From a virus, in IMG/VR virus record IMGVR_UViG_3300032213_001813, positions 1 to 64,000 of that record: 64,000 bases of DNA. One strand, given 5' to 3'. A program made the translations under genes and the position numbers. This document shows positions 49,980 to 58,921 of this stretch, piece by piece. Under the pieces are notes generated by a model, which had not been told where the DNA came from, did no database searches, and worked only from the letters and a program-made list of their open reading frames with translations. Each line of letters starts with the position of its first letter. Positions within the stretch are counted from its first letter, which is position 1.

Positions 49980-51377
49980 ATGGCAGAAGCATTAGATACA
50001 TTATCTAAATACGGTCAATCGTTTCAATCAAAAGTAATATCTGTATTATTGACGGATGCTAAACTTTTGGATTCGTTAAGTGATATTATACATAAGAAGT
50101 TTTTTGAATCGGAAGCTAATAAATGGATAGTTGAAACAATTAAAGATTATTTTGATGAGTTTAAGAAAGAACCTACATTGGATGTATTCAAATCAGAAAT
50201 ATCCAAAGTAGATAATCCATCTTTACAAAAAACCATAATCGAGCAACTTAAAGTAGTTTATACGCAAGTTGGACAAGATGATACGGATTATGTGAAGAAG
50301 GAGTTCTCATCATTTTGTATCAATCAGAATTTAAAAGAGGTAATTATACAATCGGTAGATTTACTCAAAGCGGGTAATTACGATAGGATTAAGGATTTAG
50401 TAGATAAGGCAATGAAAGTTGGTATTGAAACCGATTTGGGACATGATTATCTATTGGATTATATAGCTCGTATTGAGGATGAGAAAAGAGATACCATTGC
50501 TACTCCGTGGGAGGTTATTACCGAATTAATGAACGGAGGTTTAGGACCGGGTGAGTTAGGGGTTGTAGTGGCACCTTCTGGGGTTGGTAAGACTTGGGTT
50601 CTTGCCGCAATCGGAGCGGCAGCTGTTAAAGCAGGTAAGAGTGTTGTTCACTACTCATTGGAACTATCTGAAAACTATGTAGGTGAGAGATATGATACAA
50701 TATTCACATCAATCCCATCAGCTGATTTGGTTGATAATAGAGATTTGGTACATAGGAAAATAAAATCATTAGCAGGTAAGTTATTGATTAAGTATTTCCC
50801 ACCAAAAGGTGTATCATCCAAAAAGATTGAAGCTCACATTGAGAAGATGACAGCAGCTGGTAATAAACCCGATTTAATAATTGTGGATTATGCTGATTTA
50901 CTACTATCACACTCAAATAAGAATGATAGTACATATGGGGAGCAAGGTGGTGTGTATATTGAATTGAGAGGAATGGGTGGTGAGTTGGGTATTCCAATTT
51001 GGACAGCATCACAAACAAATAGAAGTGGTATAGATTCAGAGGTTATTGAAGCTGATAAGATTGCAGATAGTTACGCTAAAGTAATGAATGCAGATTTTAT
51101 TATGAGTGTTAGTAGAAAATCAAAAGATAAACTAAACAATACTGCTAGAGTTCACGTTATGAAAAATCGTTTTGGTATGGATGGTATCACATTCCCAACT
51201 AAAATGGATACTAACAAAGGAATAATCGAAGTTTTTGATGCAAATTCAGCAGATGGAATATTAGCACGGAAAGAAAGTAATAGTGGAGCTGAAGAAGAAA
51301 GGCAATTATTACACAAAAAATATATGGATACTATGCCGTTAGGTGGGGCAGTAAAGCCGGTATCTGGACTAGGATAA
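49980..51377 (+). CDS. gp41: Replicative DnaB-like helicase
   Basis: Walker A APSGVGKT, YSLELSE, IIVDYAD, WTASQTNR, MKNRFG. Confidence 0.9.
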   Translation: MAEALDTLSKYGQSFQSKVISVLLTDAKLLDSLSDIIHKKFFESEANKWIVETIKDYFDEFKKEPTLDVFKSEISKVDNPSLQKTIIEQLKVVYTQVGQDDTDYVKKEFSSFCINQNLKEVIIQSVDLLKAGNYDRIKDLVDKAMKVGIETDLGHDYLLDYIARIEDEKRDTIATPWEVITELMNGGLGPGELGVVVAPSGVGKTWVLAAIGAAAVKAGKSVVHYSLELSENYVGERYDTIFTSIPSADLVDNRDLVHRKIKSLAGKLLIKYFPPKGVSSKKIEAHIEKMTAAGNKPDLIIVDYADLLLSHSNKNDSTYGEQGGVYIELRGMGGELGIPIWTASQTNRSGIDSEVIEADKIADSYAKVMNADFIMSVSRKSKDKLNNTARVHVMKNRFGMDGITFPTKMDTNKGIIEVFDANSADGILARKESNSGAEEERQLLHKKYMDTMPLGGAVKPVSGLG

Positions 51378-51490
51378 GATATATAAAAATATAAAAATAA
51401 AAAGTTAAAAAAACATGCAATTTTTTGTATGAGAAGTTAAGATTGGTTGTATTTATTAAAACCTAAAGCATACAAAAAAGACGATTACAT

Positions 51491-52504
51491 ATGAGCAATT
51501 TATTTACAGAAAGAATAGCGTACAAACCATTTGAATATCCAGACTATTACACCGAAGGGTGGTTGAAGCAAATGCAGGCATTTTGGTTACATACCGAAAT
51601 ACCAATGCAAGGAGATGTTAAAGACTGGAATGAAAATTTAACAAAAGAAGAAAAACATTTAGTAGGAAATATTCTATTGGGTTTTGCTCAAACTGAATGT
51701 GCGGTTTCCGATTATTGGACTGGTATGGTAACTAAATGGTTTCCAAAACACGAAATTAAACAAATGGCAATGGCGTTTGGTTCGCAAGAAACAATACATT
51801 CGGTTGCATATTCGTATTTGAATGAAACTTTAGGATTGGATGATTTTGCAGGTTTTATGCATGATGATGTTATGAAGGAAAGATTTGAATTACTAACAAA
51901 TACAACCGCAGATTGGACTCCTACTGATTTACAAACAAATCACAAAGCTAGAGTTGAGGTTGCTCGTTCACTTGCTATCTTTTCGGCATTTGCGGAGGGT
52001 GTGGCATTATACTCTTCGTTTGCAGTACTTTACTCATTCCAAATGAGAAATCTATTAAAAGGTATTGGGCAACAAATGAAGTGGAGTGTAAGAGATGAAT
52101 CCCTACATTCAAAAATGGGATGTCAATTATTCAGACATATGTGCGATGAGTTTCCTGAATTGTTAGAAGAAGCAAAATCATCTATCTACGAAGCAGCATT
52201 AATCATTAGAGATTTGGAGCATAAGTTCATTGATAGAATATTTGAAAAAGGTGATTTAGAAAATCTAAAAGCAAGTGACTTAAAAGAATTTATTACAAAA
52301 AGAGTTAATGAGAAATTAGGAGAGTTGGGATATAACCCAATACCTGGTGGTGATGATTACTTTGAATACAACGAAGAATCGGCATCGCAATTAGATTGGT
52401 TCTATCACTTAACTGGTGGAGTAACCCATACCGACTTCTTTGCAATGAGACCTACTGATTACAGTAAAGCAAACGAAGGTGAAGATTGGTCTGATATATT
52501 TTAA
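51491..52504 (+). CDS. nrdB: Class I ribonucleotide reductase beta subunit
   Basis: YKPFEYP, FW..TE, ETIHSVAY, EGVALYSSF, RDESLH, C-terminal DFF..RPTDYSK. Confidence 0.95.
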   Translation: MSNLFTERIAYKPFEYPDYYTEGWLKQMQAFWLHTEIPMQGDVKDWNENLTKEEKHLVGNILLGFAQTECAVSDYWTGMVTKWFPKHEIKQMAMAFGSQETIHSVAYSYLNETLGLDDFAGFMHDDVMKERFELLTNTTADWTPTDLQTNHKARVEVARSLAIFSAFAEGVALYSSFAVLYSFQMRNLLKGIGQQMKWSVRDESLHSKMGCQLFRHMCDEFPELLEEAKSSIYEAALIIRDLEHKFIDRIFEKGDLENLKASDLKEFITKRVNEKLGELGYNPIPGGDDYFEYNEESASQLDWFYHLTGGVTHTDFFAMRPTDYSKANEGEDWSDIF

Positions 52505-52514
52505 TTAAAATTTT

Positions 52515-54296
52515 ATGAAACATTACGGAGAAGAATTCGGTTGGGAAATCGATGTTGATTACCCATCGTGGGGAAATACGGAAATATACGTTAAAACAAT
52601 CTCAAAAGGTTATCTATTAGATGGTGAAAAGCCAAAAGATGCCTATTGGAGAGTTGCAACGGCAGTAGCTAGAAGATTGGGTAAACCACAACTTGCTACA
52701 AAGTTCTTTGATTACATTTGGAGAGGGTGGTTATGTTTAGCAACACCAGTATTATCAAATACAGGTACGGATAGGGGTTTACCTATTAGTTGTTTTGGTA
52801 TTGATGTTGGTGATAGTATCTATGAGATTGGATATAAGAATTTGGAGTTGATGTTATTGGCAAAACATGGTGGGGGTGTTGGTATTGGTATCAATCAAAT
52901 CAGACCTGCTGGTTCAAAGATTACAGGTAATGGTACATCGGATGGTGTAGTTCCATTTTGTAAAATTTATGATTCAACTATCCTAGCTACAAATCAGGGT
53001 TCAGTTCGTAGAGGAGCCGCTTCGGTGAATATGAACATTGAACACAAAGATTTTGAAGATTGGTTGGAGATTAGAGAACCAAAGGGTGATGTAAACCGCC
53101 AATCACTTAATATGCACCAATGTGCGGTAGTGGGTGATAAGTTTATGAGAAAGTTGCAGGAGGGGGAATCCGAAGCAAGAAGAAAGTGGGGTAAACTATT
53201 ACAAAAAAGAAAAGCAACTGGAGAACCTTATATTATGTTTAAGGGTAATGTAAACAAACAAAATCCAGACGCATATAAGAAAAATGGATTGAAGGTTTAT
53301 ATGACTAATATTTGTTCGGAGATTGTTCTACATACTGATGAATCTCACTCATTTGTATGTTGCCTTTCATCATTAAACTTAGCTAAATACGATGAGTGGA
53401 AAGATACGGATTTAGTGTACACTTCTACGATGTTTTTAGATGGTGTTTTAGAGGAGTTTATTCAAAGAGCTAAGGGATTGGTTGGATTTGATAATTCAGT
53501 TCGTTCAGCGGCAAAAGGAAGAGCATTGGGATTGGGAGTTTTGGGATGGCATACATACCTACAACAAAAAGGTGTTCCATTTGAAGGATTACAAGCACAA
53601 TTTGAAACTCGTAAAATATTCTCTCAAATTAAGATTGAATCGGAAAGAGCAAGTAGAGATATGGCATCCGAATATGGAGAACCCCTATGGTGTAGAGATA
53701 CCGGTTTTAGAAATACGCACCTAAGAGCAGTAGCACCAACGGTATCAAACTCTAAATTGAGTGGTAACGTAAGTAGTGGTATTGAACCTTGGGCAGCTAA
53801 CGTATTTACGGAGCAAACTTCTAAAGGTACGTTTATCCGTAAGAATCCTGAATTGGAAAGAGTTTTGAAAAAGATTGGAAAAAATACAAAAGAAACTTGG
53901 GATAGAATATTGGAAGATGGTGGTTCGGTGCAAGATTTGGCATTTTTAGATGAGTGGTGTTTCTTAGATAGTAAGTTAGTACAATGTAACGAAGTAACTA
54001 CGGAAGAGCATCAGAATAAATGTAATTCAGTTAAGGATGTATTCCGTACATTCAAAGAGATTAACCAATTAGATTTGGTAAAGCAGGCAGGTATAAGACA
54101 ACAATACATTGACCAGGCAGTATCTCTAAACTTAGCATTCCCATCAATTGCTGACCCGAAATGGATTAATCAAGTAACTATGGAAGCTTGGAAGCAGGGA
54201 GTAAAAACCTTATATTATATGAGAACTGAATCAGTACTAAGAGGTGATATTGCAGCAAGAGCAACTGACCCGGATTGTGTAAGTTGTGAGGGATAA
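52515..54296 (+). CDS. nrdA: Class I ribonucleotide reductase alpha subunit (short; no N-terminal ATP-cone recognised)
   Basis: ATPVLSN, GLPISCF, TNICSEI, CCLSSLNL, RALGLGVLG, APTVSNS, KTLYYMR, C-terminal CVSCEG. Confidence 0.95.
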   Translation: MKHYGEEFGWEIDVDYPSWGNTEIYVKTISKGYLLDGEKPKDAYWRVATAVARRLGKPQLATKFFDYIWRGWLCLATPVLSNTGTDRGLPISCFGIDVGDSIYEIGYKNLELMLLAKHGGGVGIGINQIRPAGSKITGNGTSDGVVPFCKIYDSTILATNQGSVRRGAASVNMNIEHKDFEDWLEIREPKGDVNRQSLNMHQCAVVGDKFMRKLQEGESEARRKWGKLLQKRKATGEPYIMFKGNVNKQNPDAYKKNGLKVYMTNICSEIVLHTDESHSFVCCLSSLNLAKYDEWKDTDLVYTSTMFLDGVLEEFIQRAKGLVGFDNSVRSAAKGRALGLGVLGWHTYLQQKGVPFEGLQAQFETRKIFSQIKIESERASRDMASEYGEPLWCRDTGFRNTHLRAVAPTVSNSKLSGNVSSGIEPWAANVFTEQTSKGTFIRKNPELERVLKKIGKNTKETWDRILEDGGSVQDLAFLDEWCFLDSKLVQCNEVTTEEHQNKCNSVKDVFRTFKEINQLDLVKQAGIRQQYIDQAVSLNLAFPSIADPKWINQVTMEAWKQGVKTLYYMRTESVLRGDIAARATDPDCVSCEG

Positions 54297-54316
54297 ACAA
54301 ATAAACAAATAAAATT

Positions 54317-54580
54317 ATGTTAGAAGTTAAGAAATTTTCAGCAAGTTGGTGTGGACCATGCAAAACATTGGCACCAACATTTAATGAGGTAAAAAATTCA
54401 TTTAGTGGAGTATCCTTCAACGAATACGATATTGATGATAGTTCAGATATTGCATCTCAATTTGGAATCCGTTCAGTACCAACTGTATTATTAGTTAAAG
54501 ATGGTAAGGAAGTGAAAAGAATTGTAGGAGCACAATCTAAAATGGTATATGAAAACGCCATAAATGAAAATTTAGGATAA
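54317..54580 (+). CDS. trxA: Thioredoxin
   Basis: WCGPC active site; FGIRSVPT. Confidence 0.92.
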   Translation: MLEVKKFSASWCGPCKTLAPTFNEVKNSFSGVSFNEYDIDDSSDIASQFGIRSVPTVLLVKDGKEVKRIVGAQSKMVYENAINENLG

Positions 54581-54584
54581 AAAA

Positions 54585-54616
54585 TTAGGAAAATCCAAAT
54601 AAAAGTGTTATATTTG
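54585..54616 (+). promoter_or_regulatory. Bacteroidota-type promoter, variant -33
   Basis: TTAG-N20-TATATTTG, with the ATG 4 nt downstream. Confidence 0.65.
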
Positions 54617-54620
54617 TTAC

Positions 54621-54824
54621 ATGGGAATATTAAGGGGTCAAACGCACCCATCTGCCAAACTTACGGATGAGCAGGTGTTACAAATTAGAAGACTATGGCA
54701 AATGGGTCATAGGAATATTAAAGTGATTGCCCGAAACAATAAGGTATCGCCATCAAATGTGTTAAAAATTATCCAACGTAAAACTTGGACTCATCTAAAC
54801 GAATTTTGGTCTGGTAGTTTATGA
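54621..54824 (+). CDS. Stand-alone HTH DNA-binding module of the type found on HNH homing endonucleases
   Basis: G..HPSAKLTDEQVLQIR...IA....VS.SNV.KII.RKTW.H; no nuclease domain. Confidence 0.6.
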   Translation: MGILRGQTHPSAKLTDEQVLQIRRLWQMGHRNIKVIARNNKVSPSNVLKIIQRKTWTHLNEFWSGSL

Positions 54825-55594
54825 AAATAGAAGGTAAACAATATTGCGATATCTCTAAATTTTCAATTAGAGAGATTAACAAAAACATAGCAAAGGATAT
54901 CATTGTCAATAACCATTATAGTGGGATATGGACGAAGGTATCCTATGCTTTGGGATTGTTCTACATATCCGAAGATGAGCACAATTTCTTTAGTGGGGTG
55001 AATGAACAATTAGTTGGAGTTGCCTGTTATGGTGACCCAGTTGGTAGAAACGCAGGAGCATCTATTTCGGAGTTACTTCCAAGAGATGGTGTGTTAGAAT
55101 TGACCCGATTATTTGTATTTGATGGATATGGTTCTAACATTGAGAGTTGGTTTGTTGGACAATCGTTTGAATGGTTACGAAAGAATGTACCTCGTATCAA
55201 AGCCCTAATATCATATTCAGACCCAAATGCTGGACATTTAGGAACGGTATATCAAGCTACTAATTGGATATATCAGGGTAACAAAATCAGATGGAGTGAT
55301 AGTTGGAGTTTTAAATGGAGTGAGGAAGATGAATGGCATCATAGTAGAACATCCTATGTGAAATATGGAACGAATGACCCTAAGATAATTCAGACAATGG
55401 TAACATCTCCATTTTGGATTAAAAGAGAACCTCGTAAGCATAGATATGTGTATATTCTAACCAAAGATAAGAAAGAAAGAAAATCATTTATAAATTCACT
55501 AAAACATGAAGTGTTTCCATATCCCAAAGTGGAGTTGGATATTATTGATGAGGTTCATAAAATGGACCCGATAAATTTGGAAATATCAAATTAA
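54821..55594 (+). CDS. mom: Mom-like GNAT-fold DNA modification protein, paralogue 1
   Basis: HYS, ELTRL, SYSD...GHLGTVYQATNWIYQG, HSRT, KHRY. Confidence 0.8.
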   Translation: MKIEGKQYCDISKFSIREINKNIAKDIIVNNHYSGIWTKVSYALGLFYISEDEHNFFSGVNEQLVGVACYGDPVGRNAGASISELLPRDGVLELTRLFVFDGYGSNIESWFVGQSFEWLRKNVPRIKALISYSDPNAGHLGTVYQATNWIYQGNKIRWSDSWSFKWSEEDEWHHSRTSYVKYGTNDPKIIQTMVTSPFWIKREPRKHRYVYILTKDKKERKSFINSLKHEVFPYPKVELDIIDEVHKMDPINLEISN

Positions 55595-55607
55595 TTTCGT
55601 AACTTTG
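55576..55607 (+). promoter_or_regulatory. Bacteroidota-type promoter
   Basis: TTTG-N20-TAACTTTG, with the ATG 4 nt downstream. Confidence 0.75.
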
Positions 55608-55611
55608 TATT

Positions 55612-55920
55612 ATGGCTAAAAAACTAATAGAAGTACCAAACGCAACTCAATTCGAAAAAGTTTATAAAGATGAGGATTGTACAATGGTTTGGAAGTATGA
55701 TACTAACAAATTCACAAATGGACCTGTATCGGTTGAAATCAAATGGAGTGCTGAATATCTGAAAGAAAACAAATCACCAAGAAAACCAAAAGCAGAAGGT
55801 AAATTAGGTGAGTTGCATGATGCGTTCGCTAAGTTAGATGCTAAACGGAAGAAAAAGAAAAAGCCGGTAGCTAAAAAAAAAATGACAATAAAGAAGAAGA
55901 TGGTTTCTGGTAAGATATGA
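55612..55920 (+). CDS. Small basic protein with Lys-rich tail
   Basis: 102 aa ending KRKKKKKPVAKKKMTIKKK; has its own promoter. Confidence 0.6.
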   Translation: MAKKLIEVPNATQFEKVYKDEDCTMVWKYDTNKFTNGPVSVEIKWSAEYLKENKSPRKPKAEGKLGELHDAFAKLDAKRKKKKKPVAKKKMTIKKKMVSGKI

Positions 55921-56717
55921 AAGTAGAAGGAAAAGATTATTGTGATGTTAGTAAGGTGTATGTTCATCCAATAGCTAAAAACATTGCAAAAGATATTATT
56001 GTAAAGAAACACTATACTCACGCTTGGACAGCTTGTAGATATGCATTAGGAATTTATTACAAATCCGATGATGCTAATACATTTGATGGAGATAGATTGA
56101 TAGGTTGTGTGATTTACGGATTCCCAGTAGGTGCAAAGGCATCAACATCAATTTGTGAGGGATTAACCAAAGATAACATTTTAGAACTAACTCGTCTATA
56201 TTGTGATGATGGGTATGGTTCTAACATTGAATCATTTGCATTAGGACAGACATTCAAATGGTTAAAAGAAAACGATAAAGCAATCAAAGTACTCCTATCA
56301 TATGCGGATAACGGACAGGCACATTTAGGTGGTATCTATCAAGCTACAAATTGGATTTATCAAGGATTATCATCAGATATAGCACTAATGCCAAATTGGG
56401 GTATCTCATTAAGTAAAGACCCTTACAAATGGATTCATAGTAGAACTGTATTCTCCCTATGGGGTAGTGGTAATTTGGCACACTTACAAAACGAAATTGG
56501 TAAAGAGGGATATAAAGAATTTTGGAGAAGAGAAGAACCACCAAAACATAGGTACGTTCAGATAATTGCGCAAGATAAAAGAGAGAAGAAGGATTTGATG
56601 GGTAGGTTGAAGCATGAAATTAAACCCTACCCAAAAGATACTGCATCTTATAATACAGAAGTAGTACATCATTTAACAACATACGAAGTACCAGAAGGAA
56701 CTGAAAACTTTTGGTAA
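55917..56717 (+). CDS. mom: Mom-like GNAT-fold DNA modification protein, paralogue 2
   Basis: HYT, ELTRL, SYAD..QAHLGGIYQATNWIYQG, HSRT, KHRY; the N-terminus closely resembles paralogue 1. Confidence 0.8.
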   Translation: MKVEGKDYCDVSKVYVHPIAKNIAKDIIVKKHYTHAWTACRYALGIYYKSDDANTFDGDRLIGCVIYGFPVGAKASTSICEGLTKDNILELTRLYCDDGYGSNIESFALGQTFKWLKENDKAIKVLLSYADNGQAHLGGIYQATNWIYQGLSSDIALMPNWGISLSKDPYKWIHSRTVFSLWGSGNLAHLQNEIGKEGYKEFWRREEPPKHRYVQIIAQDKREKKDLMGRLKHEIKPYPKDTASYNTEVVHHLTTYEVPEGTENFW

Positions 56718-56721
56718 AATA

Positions 56722-56753
56722 TTTGGAAATATCAAAATTATTTATTACCTTTA
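56722..56753 (+). promoter_or_regulatory. Bacteroidota-type promoter, variant -7
   Basis: TTTG-N20-TACCTTTA. Confidence 0.55.
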
Positions 56754-56777
56754 TAAAACACATAAACCCATAACAAA

Positions 56778-58622
56778 ATGACAAAAGAATTAAAAAATGA
56801 GTTAATTGATTTTCTAACATCAAATGAAAATAAACGTATTTTTATTTCAACATTAAAGGATATACGTCCTATATACAGAGCACACCAACCATTTGGTAGT
56901 TTAGTTGCTCATATATTTAATTCTGGTTGGAATCGTAAACCAAAATTTGATAACTCTGATGTTATACAAAATAAACTTGGTTATGTGTTTCGTTTGGGGT
57001 CTGGACTTGCTTCAATTAATCAAATTCCTATATCATTATTAACAGACACTGCATCTCCTATACAAAACTTTTTGTTAAAGGATAGGGGTCATATATTAGA
57101 AATTACTTGTAAATTGTATGATATTAAAAATTGGAGTGTTCTTGATTTAATAAAAACTGTTGATTCTGAAATAAAAGAATTAGTTGAAAATACAATACAT
57201 CAAAGTTCTGATAGAAAAAATGCATTAATTATATTAAATTCTATAAAAGAATTTATAAATACAAAGCATGGTGAATTTTTATCAAATGGTATAACGGAAC
57301 AATGTGAAATGAAAATATCAATTAGAGATATTGCAGATGCTGTTCCTGAATTTGAAAAAAACTTAAATGATACCGAATTATCAGTTGAAGTTAAGCGTGA
57401 AAGTGTACCTACTCATATAAAAGAAATTTTATGGTTAAATAACCACAATAACAAATGGTCTGATACTCAATTAGCATGGTTATCGTTTTGGGCATATTGC
57501 TTTGAAAAAGATAATAATTCTGATTATATTGATACTGTTCTAAAATATGATAATCTTATTTCCATATTAGATAAAAGCAGTACATTTAATGGTACTCTTA
57601 ATTCGGAAAATGAGTATCCTTTATTATCAAATTGTATTGAAAAACATCGCAAAAAATTCACAGAAGGTTCTATTATAATTCCAATAAGATTAGTAGCAGC
57701 TGATTGTGGTATTTCCGATTTCTCTGAAATAGCTAAAACTTTGGAAAAAGAAAAACAAACAACATTTGAAAGTTTGTATAAATTTTTACATAAGAATAAA
57801 GTTTCTAAAGATGATTTTTTAAACTATACAAACTTATATGAAAAGATAATGAATCAGCCGGCTTGGGCTAAATTTGTTAAAAAAGTTAAAGCATTTAAAA
57901 AAACAAACTATAATAGCAAATCAAGTGTTATAGATACTACTAATTTAGAACATACTAATATTCTACACTCATCATATGGTGGACCTGCTCTTATAGCTTG
58001 TGCTAGAATTATTAATGAAGTTTGTGATAGTAGAACATCAGAATCTCAAATTAAAAAAATAGTTGATGATTTTTGTAATAGACTTTACAATAAAGTTGAA
58101 GAGGTTTGTAATGATGGTACATACTTTTCCGCTTCAAGCAAATCATCAATGCGTGTAATTTTAACTATTTTGCCTGTATTTACGGATATGATGAATGGAG
58201 CTGCATCAAAGGATAAAACTTTAACTAAACAGCAAGTATATGAAACTTTGTTGAATGAAGTAAAAGGATATCTTGATGGACAAGTTAAATTTAAAGTTGT
58301 AAAATTAACAACATCTAATTATAGTGGAAATCCCGATGTAACGGAAATTGATTTTTCGGAGTACGAAAGAGCTAAAGCTGGATTTGATTTGGGACAAAAG
58401 GAGCAAACTATGGGATACTCTTTAGATAATTGTATTGTTCAACAAAAACACCACAACCGCTCAGCACATAATGTTGACCATAATATTGGTAATGTTGATT
58501 ATTGGAAATGGTACTCTGAAGCGAATTTACAAATTGTAAACTCCAATAAGCAGTATTTCTTTGATAATGATATGGTTGAAGTTATATCTGATGCTAAAAA
58601 ACTAAATGAAAGATTTAATTAA
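56778..58622 (+). CDS. Hypothetical protein (614 aa), possible degenerate HNH-like C-terminus
   Basis: Long AT-rich ORF; FDLGQ...GYSLDNCIVQQKHHN loosely resembles an HNH motif. Confidence 0.5.
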   Translation: MTKELKNELIDFLTSNENKRIFISTLKDIRPIYRAHQPFGSLVAHIFNSGWNRKPKFDNSDVIQNKLGYVFRLGSGLASINQIPISLLTDTASPIQNFLLKDRGHILEITCKLYDIKNWSVLDLIKTVDSEIKELVENTIHQSSDRKNALIILNSIKEFINTKHGEFLSNGITEQCEMKISIRDIADAVPEFEKNLNDTELSVEVKRESVPTHIKEILWLNNHNNKWSDTQLAWLSFWAYCFEKDNNSDYIDTVLKYDNLISILDKSSTFNGTLNSENEYPLLSNCIEKHRKKFTEGSIIIPIRLVAADCGISDFSEIAKTLEKEKQTTFESLYKFLHKNKVSKDDFLNYTNLYEKIMNQPAWAKFVKKVKAFKKTNYNSKSSVIDTTNLEHTNILHSSYGGPALIACARIINEVCDSRTSESQIKKIVDDFCNRLYNKVEEVCNDGTYFSASSKSSMRVILTILPVFTDMMNGAASKDKTLTKQQVYETLLNEVKGYLDGQVKFKVVKLTTSNYSGNPDVTEIDFSEYERAKAGFDLGQKEQTMGYSLDNCIVQQKHHNRSAHNVDHNIGNVDYWKWYSEANLQIVNSNKQYFFDNDMVEVISDAKKLNERFN

Positions 58623-58921
58623 TGAAATTTGATAAAACTAAAAATGAAATAGTACATCACACATCATCTTTTAAAGATGGACATATTATTGTTGCTGCTG
58701 AAATATGTAAACTAAAACAAAACAGGTTGGTATTAATTGTACCAACCTGTAAACGTTATTCATTTCATATATTACGTGCCTTTGAATTATTAGGTGATGA
58801 TTTGTTGGTATATGAAATAACAATGGGTATGGGTGTGGTATTGGAAGCCCGTGCAAAAAAATATATAGAATACCATCCAAATAGTAAATTATATGAAAAA
58901 AATCCATTTTTTAAGTATTGA
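58622..58921 (+). CDS. Hypothetical protein (99 aa)
   Basis: Translationally coupled (TAATG); weak recalled resemblance to a segment of phage PALP-fold proteins. Confidence 0.45.
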   Translation: MKFDKTKNEIVHHTSSFKDGHIIVAAEICKLKQNRLVLIVPTCKRYSFHILRAFELLGDDLLVYEITMGMGVVLEARAKKYIEYHPNSKLYEKNPFFKY

